Source of the DNA: a virus
Lineage: Duplodnaviria > Caudoviricetes
Reading direction: 5' to 3' (one strand)
IMG/VR virus record: IMGVR_UViG_3300020718_000010
Coordinates: 1 to 64,000 of that record
DNA: 64,000 bases
The first letter of the stretch is position 1. Each line of letters begins with the position of its first letter. This document shows, piece after piece, positions 41,667-51,108 of this stretch. Under the pieces are notes generated by a model that saw nothing but the letters and a program-made list of their open reading frames with translations, made no database searches and had not been told where the DNA came from. A program made the position numbers and the translations under genes.

Positions 41667-42065
41667 TTAAACGGCTACGAAAAGTTGCTTGCCGTAGATG
41701 GTTGTTCCACCGTCTGGCGAGTAAAACTGAACGAGCGAGCGCTTGTTAGAGGTGAACGTCGGTGCAACTCCACCATCCCAAAGGATTCCATTGAATGTCA
41801 CGGTGTAAGAACCGGGCTGAACAACGTCTACGTACCAGATGTTCCAATAGTAAGTGACTCCAGTTGATGAGTTGTATGGCACACCCGTGAAAGTGATTGA
41901 TGTGTTTGACGTAAATGTGTTTAGGCGAATGACCGCACCGTTTGTGACTGTGTAAGTCGTTGCTCCGTTAACACCTGAAAAGTTTTGGATTTTTCCAGTA
42001 GTTCCAGCGTTAACGTAAGCGTCAGTTGCCTGAGTCAAGATTTGTGGCTGTGATGTAATTCCCAT
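41667..42065 (-). CDS. Small fibre-tip type domain protein
   Basis: C-terminal W.GG.APT........F.S.DGGTT.YG motif seen at the ends of phage fibre proteins. Confidence 0.6.
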   Translation of the reverse strand: MGITSQPQILTQATDAYVNAGTTGKIQNFSGVNGATTYTVTNGAVIRLNTFTSNTSITFTGVPYNSSTGVTYYWNIWYVDVVQPGSYTVTFNGILWDGGVAPTFTSNKRSLVQFYSPDGGTTIYGKQLFVAV

Positions 42066-42415
42066 TACTTTGCATCCTTCTCGCTGGGGGTGCTAGATGC
42101 CTTTTTTGGGGCCTCTTCTTTTGCAGGTGCCTCAACGCTTGTAGTCACATCAGCAGGGGCCTCTACGGCCTTTGGGGCGTCTGTGGCGTCAGGCTCGTTA
42201 AAGCCCGCTCCGTGCCAAAGAGCCTTTGCTGAATCGCCAATGTTTGGCGGGAACCAAACGCCACCTTCAAAAGTCCAACCAACCGAAGGCTGTGGCTCCA
42301 TTGAAGTTACGTCGTAAGGCGTGTAGATGAGACCGTACTCGCCCAATGAAGGGATGTCTTTACTCACCATAAGGTGAGCAACTTGTGTGCCACTAACGAG
42401 TGCGAATGTTGCCAT
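42065..42415 (-). CDS. Fibre assembly chaperone-like small protein
   Basis: MATFALV....V..L.V......P..GW.F.GG.W.PP; follows Gly-rich adhesin. Confidence 0.55.
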   Translation of the reverse strand: MATFALVSGTQVAHLMVSKDIPSLGEYGLIYTPYDVTSMEPQPSVGWTFEGGVWFPPNIGDSAKALWHGAGFNEPDATDAPKAVEAPADVTTSVEAPAKEEAPKKASSTPSEKDAK

Positions 42416-42434
42416 TTTAAAAATCTCCTAGGTA

Positions 42435-45400
42435 TTAACTGTAGAATACTGCTTTGTCGAACCAGCGAACGAGTGCGTAACCGTCTGCGCCGTTTCCACC
42501 GTTTGACTTGTAACCAAAGTATCCAAGGCTGTTTGCAAAGTCAACATCAACAACGTCACCAGCATCCATGTAGAGGTACTCCCAACAAACATCAAAGTAG
42601 TAGGCGTTAGCCGGTGCTTCGAGGGTCTGCCAAGAACCTGCCGTAGAACCTACTGGTCCTAGGTAGGTGGTGGTGTTAACCGCTGAGAATACAATGTTGT
42701 AAATTGGGCGGTCTTCACGGATAATGTTGTTGTTCTGGTCTTTCCAACGCACGGTTGGTCGAACTTGCTTGGTTAGTCCAGCAAACTGAGGCGAAGTTAC
42801 ACCGTTTGGAGCAGTTGTTAAGCGTGCTGCAATGTTTGGGAAGTACAAGGCTGTACGTGGCAAGATTGAGAATGACTGCCAAACAGTGTTTGCTTTAGCA
42901 TTTCCAACATCTTGAATCGTTCCACGAAGGTTATATGAGTTAAAAATTCCAGATGCAGAAGATGCAACAACGTTAATGTTGTAGAGCGACTGCCACTTAT
43001 AAGCATCAGATGTTGCCGATTCGTATGAAATTGCTGCTGCTGCAGATGTGTGTGTGATTGGTGCGGATAGCCAGAGGTTACCTTGGTTTGTCCCGCCACC
43101 ACCGCCACCACCGCCAGTGTTCTGGATTGCATCCATTCCACGTGAGTAAAACATAACGTTATTTTGTTGGTCGACAAGGTAAGAGTTTCCTCCACGTCCA
43201 CCACCACCAGAACCACGTCCAGAGTAGATAAATCCTTGGTTTGCGTTGTATGTCCAACCAGCACCACCACCGCCACCACCCATAGGGACACCATTTGGAG
43301 CACCTGAGTTTATTCCTGAAATTGCAGTTCCGGCACCACCATCACCTGCTTGACCATACATACCGTATGTTGCGTTTCCACCTGTGTATACATTGTAAGA
43401 GGCGTAACCACCGGCATTTCCACGCATTGGCATTGTATCAAATACATATGAACCAGTTGAGTATTGGTATGTAGACGCAGGGAACTGGTATGTAGTTGTG
43501 GCAGATGGCGTTGGGGTTGCGATAATTGCATTCATTCCCGGTAACCATGAGCCTCCACCACCACCGGCAAGGGTGATGTACTGTGAACCCGCAGAGTTAA
43601 ATGCAGCGTGTCCACCATTATTGGCGCCTTGAAGACCGTATTGCCACTGGTAGTTGTTGGTGTTGTAAGTTCCACCACCACCGCCACCTTCAGCAATGAC
43701 TGAGTATGAACTAATTACAGGTGAGTTTCCTGATTGACCAGCCCAGAAGTAGGTAACGTTGTCAACTTTTTTGTAAGCAGTAACGCTTGCACCCGGTTCC
43801 AATTGTGGAGCAAAAATCTGGTACGTAGTTGAAGCATTCTGTCCACCTTGGTAAACAGTGAATCCAATACGAGCATATAGTGAACCCGTTGGCGCAACCT
43901 GACCAGCAATTCCAAGACGTGTTGGTACGGCCATTGCTGGTGATGTGTATGAAGAAGACATCTGGCTACCAGATGTAACACCAGTAATAGCAATTGGCAA
44001 AGCAGTTCCAGTAAAACGTGTAAGTACGTTGTAGTCTGCGTCAAGGTATTCAATAAATGCGTTAACCGGACGGTACTGGTTGGAAGTGTTTGAACCAATT
44101 ACGTACATTGAAGCACTGTATGTACTACCAGCAGTGACACGGTTTGGAACACTTGAAATTTCTAAATTGTTACCGTTTGTAACTGCAGAAGTTACTGCAA
44201 GTGCAGCCTTCTGTGAGTAAATAGGTGGTGAGAATGGGGTTGTGTTGTTACCCATTTCAAGTTGAACATTGTCAAACCAGAATGTTGTGCTTGGCTGCTG
44301 AATAACAATTGAAGGGTAAATAAATTGTGGTGTTGAACCGTAACCGTATGCACCGTTTGCAGTTGCTGTAGCAAATGAAGGCGTTGTAAATGTAGCCGAA
44401 ATGCGGCGCCATCCGTTTTGTCCAACGGTTACGTTTGAACCAAGGACTTGAACACCAGCAGGCTGAGCAAATGTAATTGTGCTTGCAACTGGACCGCTTG
44501 TAGTCAATGAAAGACCAATGGTTGTTCCAGAAACAGAAGAAACGGTTGTGTTTGACTGAATGTTTGAACCGGTTACTGTCATACCAACAAAAATTCCCGT
44601 TGCTGAAGTTACGGTAATTGAACCAGCACCTGATGTACCCGTAGCAGCAACAGAAACTGTTCCACCGTAGTTTGTAAGCGCCGCTGGTGTTGCTTGACGA
44701 ACAAAGAATCCGTTAGCAGTACCTGCGTCAATTGATGAAGTTGTACCAGAAGTTGTACCACCCAAGTAGGAAACCGCAGTCGCAGCACCGTATGAAGCAC
44801 CGGTAGAACGTAGTTGGAACAAGATTGGTGTCGTGGTAGAAACATTGGCAGAGGCCGATACGTAGGCTGACATTGTGTATGTCTGACCCGGAATGTATGG
44901 AACGCCGTTGTAACCACCAGCAGTTGACGTTGCGTTTGTGGTAATTGAGGATGCCGAGGCAATTGTTGAGAAGTTCATCCAAGTTGGGTTTGAAGTAGAA
45001 ACCGCAGAACCTGTAATTGCGTTAAGACCGTTGATACCGGCAGTTCCAGAATATGAAACAGTTACAGGACTTGTAGAAAGCGCCTGTGTAAGACCGCTGC
45101 TAATTGTAAATACGTATCCAGCAGTTGAGTTACCGCTAACTGAAGTAATAACCGTACCCGAAGCAAATCCAGTACCAATTAGGAACATACCAACTTGAAC
45201 AATTGTTGGGTTGTCCAAAGTAATTGTTGTTGCACCATTTGCACCGGTTGCATTCATAACAAATCCGGCAATCATTTCTGTCAACTTGGTAGGAATACCA
45301 GAAGATGAAATTGCAATTGTTGCTGGGTTTGTTCCCTGAACGCTGATTAATGAAAGGGATACAAGAGTTGGGTCTTCCAATTGAGAAAAACGTGGAGGAA

Positions 45401-46199
45401 GAATGTTGTTAGAGAAAATTTGTTCGTTTGTTGCAATTTCAGCAACCTGACCATCAGGAGCACCGGGAGCGTTTACCGTGTAGTTGCTTGATGTGATTGA
45501 AGAACCACCAACTGCCGTAATGTTCGGGTACATAACCTCTGAAAGTGCAAGGGTGTTTTGCCCAAAGTCAAAAGAAATTGTTTCACCAATGGTTGACGTT
45601 AATGATGCGCTTAAGTTAACAGTGTTACCAGAAACCGTAGTTACGTACGTGTTTGTTTGAATACCAGCACCTGATTGGTTGGTAACCAACATTCCCGGAA
45701 CAATTCCAAGGGCGTTAGGGTAGACAGTAATTGAAGACGCACCGTTAACACCAGAAGCGCCACGAAGGATTACGGCTGGAGTCCAACCGGTCATGTTAAG
45801 TGAGAAATCTGAGTTGTTTAAGTAGTTGAAAACAGTAGTCGAACCAAATGTGGTTGCCCCACCATTTGCACCCGGGAGTGTGCTGGTTACATCTCCTGCT
45901 GAAATTTGTGAACCAAGTCCACCTTGACCACCGGCTCCAATGTTAATTGAATAGGCGGTTCCACCAGTTACTTGAACATTTTGAACAACAACGGCTCCAC
46001 CGCCGCCACCGCCACCAGCAACCTGTGACGAACCACCGCCACCGCCTCCACCAGCACCTACAAGAACAACCTGTGCATATGAAACGTTTGCAGGTGGTGT
46101 CCAAGTACCGCTTGATGTGAATGCTTGCTCGTTTACGTAAACACGACCGGAGTTATCGTTCGGGAATACTACGAAATCTTTGCTTGAGGAAATAGCCAT
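42435..46199 (-). CDS. Gly-rich adhesin-like protein with inserted CBM-like and beta modules
   Basis: FTSSGTWTPP..V....VGAGGGGG N-half and GGGGG...GGNGADG...VRW C-half; W.R...T....D.VQLE.G CBM-like motifs. Confidence 0.75.
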   Translation of the reverse strand: MAISSSKDFVVFPNDNSGRVYVNEQAFTSSGTWTPPANVSYAQVVLVGAGGGGGGGSSQVAGGGGGGGAVVVQNVQVTGGTAYSINIGAGGQGGLGSQISAGDVTSTLPGANGGATTFGSTTVFNYLNNSDFSLNMTGWTPAVILRGASGVNGASSITVYPNALGIVPGMLVTNQSGAGIQTNTYVTTVSGNTVNLSASLTSTIGETISFDFGQNTLALSEVMYPNITAVGGSSITSSNYTVNAPGAPDGQVAEIATNEQIFSNNILPPRFSQLEDPTLVSLSLISVQGTNPATIAISSSGIPTKLTEMIAGFVMNATGANGATTITLDNPTIVQVGMFLIGTGFASGTVITSVSGNSTAGYVFTISSGLTQALSTSPVTVSYSGTAGINGLNAITGSAVSTSNPTWMNFSTIASASSITTNATSTAGGYNGVPYIPGQTYTMSAYVSASANVSTTTPILFQLRSTGASYGAATAVSYLGGTTSGTTSSIDAGTANGFFVRQATPAALTNYGGTVSVAATGTSGAGSITVTSATGIFVGMTVTGSNIQSNTTVSSVSGTTIGLSLTTSGPVASTITFAQPAGVQVLGSNVTVGQNGWRRISATFTTPSFATATANGAYGYGSTPQFIYPSIVIQQPSTTFWFDNVQLEMGNNTTPFSPPIYSQKAALAVTSAVTNGNNLEISSVPNRVTAGSTYSASMYVIGSNTSNQYRPVNAFIEYLDADYNVLTRFTGTALPIAITGVTSGSQMSSSYTSPAMAVPTRLGIAGQVAPTGSLYARIGFTVYQGGQNASTTYQIFAPQLEPGASVTAYKKVDNVTYFWAGQSGNSPVISSYSVIAEGGGGGGTYNTNNYQWQYGLQGANNGGHAAFNSAGSQYITLAGGGGGSWLPGMNAIIATPTPSATTTYQFPASTYQYSTGSYVFDTMPMRGNAGGYASYNVYTGGNATYGMYGQAGDGGAGTAISGINSGAPNGVPMGGGGGGAGWTYNANQGFIYSGRGSGGGGRGGNSYLVDQQNNVMFYSRGMDAIQNTGGGGGGGGTNQGNLWLSAPITHTSAAAAISYESATSDAYKWQSLYNINVVASSASGIFNSYNLRGTIQDVGNAKANTVWQSFSILPRTALYFPNIAARLTTAPNGVTSPQFAGLTKQVRPTVRWKDQNNNIIREDRPIYNIVFSAVNTTTYLGPVGSTAGSWQTLEAPANAYYFDVCWEYLYMDAGDVVDVDFANSLGYFGYKSNGGNGADGYALVRWFDKAVFYS

Positions 46200-46219
46200 T
46201 AGCCGTTACCTATCCTTTA

Positions 46220-46525
46220 TTAATTCACTGTTACGCCAGATACGAAGTAGTTAATTACTCCACCGACGCTTGCGAGAATGTTTGTTGATTCACCAGCAAT
46301 TGTTACTGCACGGGTATCAAAGTTGACCGTTCCGTTTGCTGGAATCTGAAGTCCTGACATATACGAGTAACTACCAATTGTCATTGTTACCGTAACGGTG
46401 TAAGAAGCCGTGTTAGCAAGCGTGATGTTGGTGATGATTCCTGTAGTTGATGCCGGAACTGTGTAAATCGTGGCTGACGAAGTTGTTGCTACGCCTGCTC
46501 CGAATCGTGTGACTGTAGTTGCCAT
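46220..46525 (-). CDS. ~100-aa beta-sandwich structural protein, copy 1
   Basis: TIYTVPA.T..I.TNI.LAN; paralog of 57091-57414. Confidence 0.65.
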   Translation of the reverse strand: MATTVTRFGAGVATTSSATIYTVPASTTGIITNITLANTASYTVTVTMTIGSYSYMSGLQIPANGTVNFDTRAVTIAGESTNILASVGGVINYFVSGVTVN

Positions 46526-46526
46526 A

Positions 46527-46865
46527 TTACGCTAGTACTCCCATGAAGGCTTGAAGTTGAAGGGTTGTTGCAGTGTTATTAATTGCAGTAATCTGCGTTG
46601 AGCCAGCGCTGTTTACTGCAGCAACTTGAGTAGTTCCGGCAGAGTTGACGGCATTTACTTGGGTTGTTCCAGCGGTGGTGATTTGTGACACGTAACTGGC
46701 AGTTGCAGCAACGATGTCGTTAATACCAAGCAAAGTCCCAAGAGTTGAAAGGGCGTTTGCGTAGTATGCGTAGTCAGTTGATGAAAGTCCACCAGCCGCC
46801 AACGATACTGTCATATCGTTCTGGAGTGCTGTAATTTGGGTGCTTAGTGTTGAGTAAGACGACAT
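46527..46865 (-). CDS. Coiled-coil protein with AGTTQV.AVN repeats and C-terminal MG motif
   Basis: Three 11-aa repeats; ends LQLQAFMGVLA; GGAGG SD. Confidence 0.65.
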   Translation of the reverse strand: MSSYSTLSTQITALQNDMTVSLAAGGLSSTDYAYYANALSTLGTLLGINDIVAATASYVSQITTAGTTQVNAVNSAGTTQVAAVNSAGSTQITAINNTATTLQLQAFMGVLA

Positions 46866-46895
46866 TTTGAGTGACCTCCAGTGGCTTCAAGGAAA

Positions 46896-46904
46896 AGTAT
46901 AACA
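46896..46904 (-). promoter_or_regulatory. Extended -10 promoter TGT-TATACT
   Basis: In the 70-nt intergenic gap upstream of 46865. Confidence 0.5.
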
Positions 46905-46934
46905 GCGGTTTTTTTCTTGGCTGAGGGCTTAAAA

Positions 46935-49900
46935 CTAAGCCTGAGCCTCGGTCCATGAAACACGGGCAGCAATGTTTGAGGTTGATGTTCCAATGTTTGT
47001 ACAAGTAATCACAAGTACGTCTGGTCCGTTAGGGAAAGATGGAGAAGAGACGTTTCCATCACCACTCAAGTAGGAGTTACCCATTTCTTTAATACCTGTA
47101 AGGGAGTATACGGATGAGTTGTAGTTAGAAGAACCACCACCGTTTTCTGAGAAGAATGAGAATACTGAGTCACCTTGGAAAACCGTCCCAGTTGGCACTC
47201 CTCCGGCTGTGGAAGTAGAACCCGGGGTTCCACCTCCACCAGAGCCTGAATTATCAAAATAAAGAACCTGAGCAAGAGAGTTAGCGGCAACTGGGTCCTT
47301 GGTCCAGTCATTTGGAAGACCCGAATAACCGACTGCAGGGGTGAAGGTTATAATCGTACCGTTAGTAACTGCAGAAGTTGTACCGTTGCTCAAAATAACG
47401 TTTGAACCAGTAACGAGGTTGACAATAGTTCCGGCTGGGATGTTACCGGCTGAACTTGTTACGCTCATTCCCGGAACAATACCAATTACACCGTTGTTAT
47501 TCTGAGTTGCAGTGTCTGCTACAACCAAAGTAGTAGAACCGCTACTTGCAGTAACCGCAGTGCGTGTACAGGCCAACTGAGAAGGAGTCCAGTTTGTGTA
47601 CGTCATCTGTGCTGGGTTCAAAATACAGTCAATACGAAATGAGCCGTTAGTTTGAACTCCAATAGTCTGTAGTGATAATTGCATTCGGTTAACAAGTTCA
47701 CGAATACCAAAGTTTCTACCAATAGCGTTGTCCACTGTCGGGGCAACACGAATTGCAACGAGAGGACGTGTCTGTCCAGCGGCAACCGCTAAGTATTTGG
47801 TCATACCACCGGTATAGAGGGAAAGAAGGTCGCTTTGGAATTGACCATCCATAACAACCGAACTTCCCCAGTGCTGAACAATGGGTGCGCAGGTTTGAGT
47901 AATTGGCTGCACAGATACTTGGGCGTTTCCACCACTCCCAGTCCATGATGAGTCTGTGCTGAAAGTAACGTTGCTTGTGGTCCCTGAGTAAACAAATGGT
48001 TGGTCAGGATACGTCAGTGTTACTGATGCACGGCGCTGACTAATTGTCAATGGATAACCCTGTGCCGCAACGTTGTACGCACCAATTGATGAATACGCCA
48101 TAATTTCACAGTTGGTGTCATCTTTGACCCAAATGTAGCCACTTGGAAGCCAGTTGGTGACGTTCGTAACGTAGATTGTTGTGTCGGTTGGCTGAAGAAC
48201 AGAACCAAGAACTCCGGAGGCACCCGAAGTCATAACACTTGTTGTGAGTGGGTCGTTTGCTACTTCATAGCGTGCAGGTAGGTTACCTGAACGCTGGTAT
48301 GAAACTTGGTTAACGTTGTTGTTTGCGATGCGGTGGAAGAAAATAATGTTTCCACGTGGTCCACGAACACCGTAACGTATTGTTCCCGCTCCGTACCATG
48401 AGTAGTCAATGTAAACCATTTGCATTTTTTTAACGTCAAAGACATATCCAGAAGGACCAGTTCCATCTAATTTGTCCATGTTCCATTGGTTTTGCAAAAT
48501 CTTGATTGTTTGTGTAAGGCAGAAACGAGTTCCAGAAACGCTAGGGCCACGCCATGCTGGCGAGATATACATTTGTGTATCACTGCTGATTCCAAGAATT
48601 CGATATGAAGTACCCTTAATAACGATGTTCTGACCTGTTTGAAGTTGCTTTCGGAAAGATGTTCCAACGCCCAAAACAAGGTTGCTGTTCTTTGTAAGAG
48701 TCAAACGCCCTTGCATAATTTTGTCTGAGTGGCGGCGGTTAACCGACATATTTAAACCGTCGTATTCAAAGTAAAAACCACTTTGCTCGTCATACATTCC
48801 ACAACGTGCTGCAGCATTTGCCCATTGGTATGCGTGGCAGTACATATTGTTGCTTGATGGGCTTAGGTCATTTGTATTTACTGTTCCGGTAAGCGTCTTT
48901 TGAACTTGGAATGTATTTGAGTTGCTTACAGAAGTTACGGTGAAATAACCGTTGTAGGGGTTGTAGGTTCCAGCAATTGTTACGCCTTCAACGTAAACGA
49001 CCGCTCCAGCCTGTAGTCCGTGGTCTTCAACTGTGGTGATTGTTATTGTTGAAGTTGTTCCATTTACTCCACCACTCATTGAAAGTCCATCAATGTTAAA
49101 TGTTGGCGTTAATTTTGCACCAGTAGAGAATTGGATAGCCTTACCTGCTTGGTAGCGGAAGTAACGACGAGTTTGGCGAATTGTTTGTGCACCGGGAACG
49201 TTGTTGTACGTGGTGATTGCCACACCAGCGTCGTATGGTCGGTGAATTACGTATCCTTCGGATTTTGCAACAATGCGTGAACCCGTTGGGACAAGAACAG
49301 AAGCCTGACTTAGTGGTAATTGGAAAATAAATTGCGTTGTATTTGGAACTTGCTTAATGATGTAGTCACCATCAAATGAGTTTGTTCCACTAATAGAAAT
49401 AGGTGTTGCCGGAAAAAGACCGTGGGGCGAAGTAAACGTAACGGTGATGTTTGAGTATGGCGATGCACCGTCTGATTGTGCGTACCAAGGGTTCATTGTG
49501 TTTACAGAACCCTGAATTGCACCATAGAGCGTCTGGCCCTGTGCAGGCCAGTTTCCACCGGGAATGTGTGCGGAGTCGAATACGTCTCCACCATAGACAG
49601 AACTAAGTCCCTGATAAATACATTCACCACCGACAACTCCACGTCCACGGTATGTAAATGTGTAAATGTTTGGAGTACTAATTACAGAAAAAGTACCTTC
49701 AGCCTTGTAGTTTTGTGTTTCTTGTACTGAAACAACAGCGCCCGGAAAGAGACCATGAGGCGTTGAGGTTGTTACTGTGATTAGAGAACGTGGGCTTGTT
49801 CCATCTCCGTAGATAGAGGTTGCACCAATTGAGTTACCACCGTTAGGTTTTGCAAAGAAAGAAGGGTAGTTTTGCTCTAGAAAAATTGCTTCCCATTTTG

Positions 49901-50294
49901 AAGGTTGTACTGAGTATTCAAAGTCGGTGTCAATAAGTGATTGTGGGTTTCCAGAACGCAGGCGCTGAGCACCGTCAATCATTGTTTCTTCGTATGTTAC
50001 AAGTTGTGCAATGTCATCGTAGTAAACCTGAATAACATCTGTAGCGAGCATCGCCGCAGTAATTGCTGAAGTTGCAAATGTAATCTGCGTGTTGTACATT
50101 GCGGTTCCAGCGTCAACTTTTGTGACAGACTGAAGTGGTTTAGATGAATCAGAAAAGTTGTAAAGGACAATGTTGCGTGTTACGTTGGTGATGAGCATAA
50201 GGCGCTCTTGACGAATCCAACGGTTGTTGATGGTGAGCGTGTAGGTTGATGGACTAAATACATAGTCCGTTTCTAGTAATACGCCTCTTGCCAT
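46935..50294 (-). CDS. 1119-aa virion structural protein with three HG(L/F)-type beta repeats
   Basis: RLMLITNVT.N..LYNFSD N-terminus, PQSLIDTDFEY.VQP.KWE, three T.T....HGL..G..V...G....G.F.V repeats. Confidence 0.7.
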   Translation of the reverse strand: MARGVLLETDYVFSPSTYTLTINNRWIRQERLMLITNVTRNIVLYNFSDSSKPLQSVTKVDAGTAMYNTQITFATSAITAAMLATDVIQVYYDDIAQLVTYEETMIDGAQRLRSGNPQSLIDTDFEYSVQPSKWEAIFLEQNYPSFFAKPNGGNSIGATSIYGDGTSPRSLITVTTSTPHGLFPGAVVSVQETQNYKAEGTFSVISTPNIYTFTYRGRGVVGGECIYQGLSSVYGGDVFDSAHIPGGNWPAQGQTLYGAIQGSVNTMNPWYAQSDGASPYSNITVTFTSPHGLFPATPISISGTNSFDGDYIIKQVPNTTQFIFQLPLSQASVLVPTGSRIVAKSEGYVIHRPYDAGVAITTYNNVPGAQTIRQTRRYFRYQAGKAIQFSTGAKLTPTFNIDGLSMSGGVNGTTSTITITTVEDHGLQAGAVVYVEGVTIAGTYNPYNGYFTVTSVSNSNTFQVQKTLTGTVNTNDLSPSSNNMYCHAYQWANAAARCGMYDEQSGFYFEYDGLNMSVNRRHSDKIMQGRLTLTKNSNLVLGVGTSFRKQLQTGQNIVIKGTSYRILGISSDTQMYISPAWRGPSVSGTRFCLTQTIKILQNQWNMDKLDGTGPSGYVFDVKKMQMVYIDYSWYGAGTIRYGVRGPRGNIIFFHRIANNNVNQVSYQRSGNLPARYEVANDPLTTSVMTSGASGVLGSVLQPTDTTIYVTNVTNWLPSGYIWVKDDTNCEIMAYSSIGAYNVAAQGYPLTISQRRASVTLTYPDQPFVYSGTTSNVTFSTDSSWTGSGGNAQVSVQPITQTCAPIVQHWGSSVVMDGQFQSDLLSLYTGGMTKYLAVAAGQTRPLVAIRVAPTVDNAIGRNFGIRELVNRMQLSLQTIGVQTNGSFRIDCILNPAQMTYTNWTPSQLACTRTAVTASSGSTTLVVADTATQNNNGVIGIVPGMSVTSSAGNIPAGTIVNLVTGSNVILSNGTTSAVTNGTIITFTPAVGYSGLPNDWTKDPVAANSLAQVLYFDNSGSGGGGTPGSTSTAGGVPTGTVFQGDSVFSFFSENGGGSSNYNSSVYSLTGIKEMGNSYLSGDGNVSSPSFPNGPDVLVITCTNIGTSTSNIAARVSWTEAQA

Positions 50295-50303
50295 TGGATG
50301 TCC

Positions 50304-50711
50304 TTAAATTAAACTTGTTGGTGAAATAACTGTAGTAGATGTAACTTGCGTAACGTAGGTTGTAGAAACCTTCTTTGGAAAATAGATTCCAATTCCCAAT
50401 TTTGCGTCGTTGGCCAAAATGTTTCCAAACTGGTTACCAGAAATACCCTGAGGTCCTAGGCCACCAGCGACGCCTTGTGCCCCTTGACTCCCTTGTGCCC
50501 CCTGTGTTCCAGAAATTCCGGCTGCTCCTTGAGCGCCCTGAGGGCCAACTTGTCCAGAAGAGTACGAAAGGTTGTTCCAATACGTAAGACCGTCGCCAAC
50601 CTTGAATTTGCCAGTATCTAACTCAAGACCAAGTTCTCCTTGGGCTAAAAGTGTATTAGCGGAAGTCCATTGGGCAGCGGTTCCACGACGAAATTGAATG
50701 GTTGTAGTCAT
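50304..50711 (-). CDS. Mtd_N-like domain plus collagen-like protein
   Basis: IQFRRGTAAQWTSAN..L.QGE.G.E.DTGKFKVGDG...WN.L.Y then G-x-Q triplets. Confidence 0.8.
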   Translation of the reverse strand: MTTTIQFRRGTAAQWTSANTLLAQGELGLELDTGKFKVGDGLTYWNNLSYSSGQVGPQGAQGAAGISGTQGAQGSQGAQGVAGGLGPQGISGNQFGNILANDAKLGIGIYFPKKVSTTYVTQVTSTTVISPTSLI

Positions 50712-51059
50712 TTAAAAGTGGCCTCCGTCGATACCAACAGTACCACCGGAAACCGTTGTTGGGGAACCCGCATCTACGTTGATGCCGTATGAACCCTGTG
50801 TCCCTTGAAGACCTTGGTATCCAGTCGCACCTTGCGCACCGGTTAATCCTTGCGGGCCTTGGGTCCCGGTTGGAATGCTGAAATTAAGAACTGCGGCTGC
50901 AGTTGTCCCAGAGTTTGTTACGGATGCAGGCTGACCAGCGGCTGTAGTCGTTGTTGTTCCAATTGTTACTGAAACAGGGGCACCCTGAGGACCTTGGGCT
51001 CCGACGATAGCGGGAAGCCACGTACCAGATGTGGAGTCATAATAGCGAAGGACAGGCAT
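50712..51059 (-). CDS. Short collagen-like protein with shared N-terminal anchor
   Basis: MPVLRYYDSTSGTWLPAIVG then GAQGPQG repeats. Confidence 0.75.
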   Translation of the reverse strand: MPVLRYYDSTSGTWLPAIVGAQGPQGAPVSVTIGTTTTTAAGQPASVTNSGTTAAAVLNFSIPTGTQGPQGLTGAQGATGYQGLQGTQGSYGINVDAGSPTTVSGGTVGIDGGHF

Positions 51060-51108
51060 CTTTTCCTTTCAGAACCTATATCAATACTACTTTGACATTG
51101 CTGATTTT

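Noticed and set aside
50304-50711. Diversity-generating retroelement suggested by the Mtd_N-like domain and paralogous variable tips
   Set aside because: No reverse transcriptase, no avd-like gene and no near-identical TR/VR pair differing at adenines seen in the window; Mtd_N is widespread without DGRs
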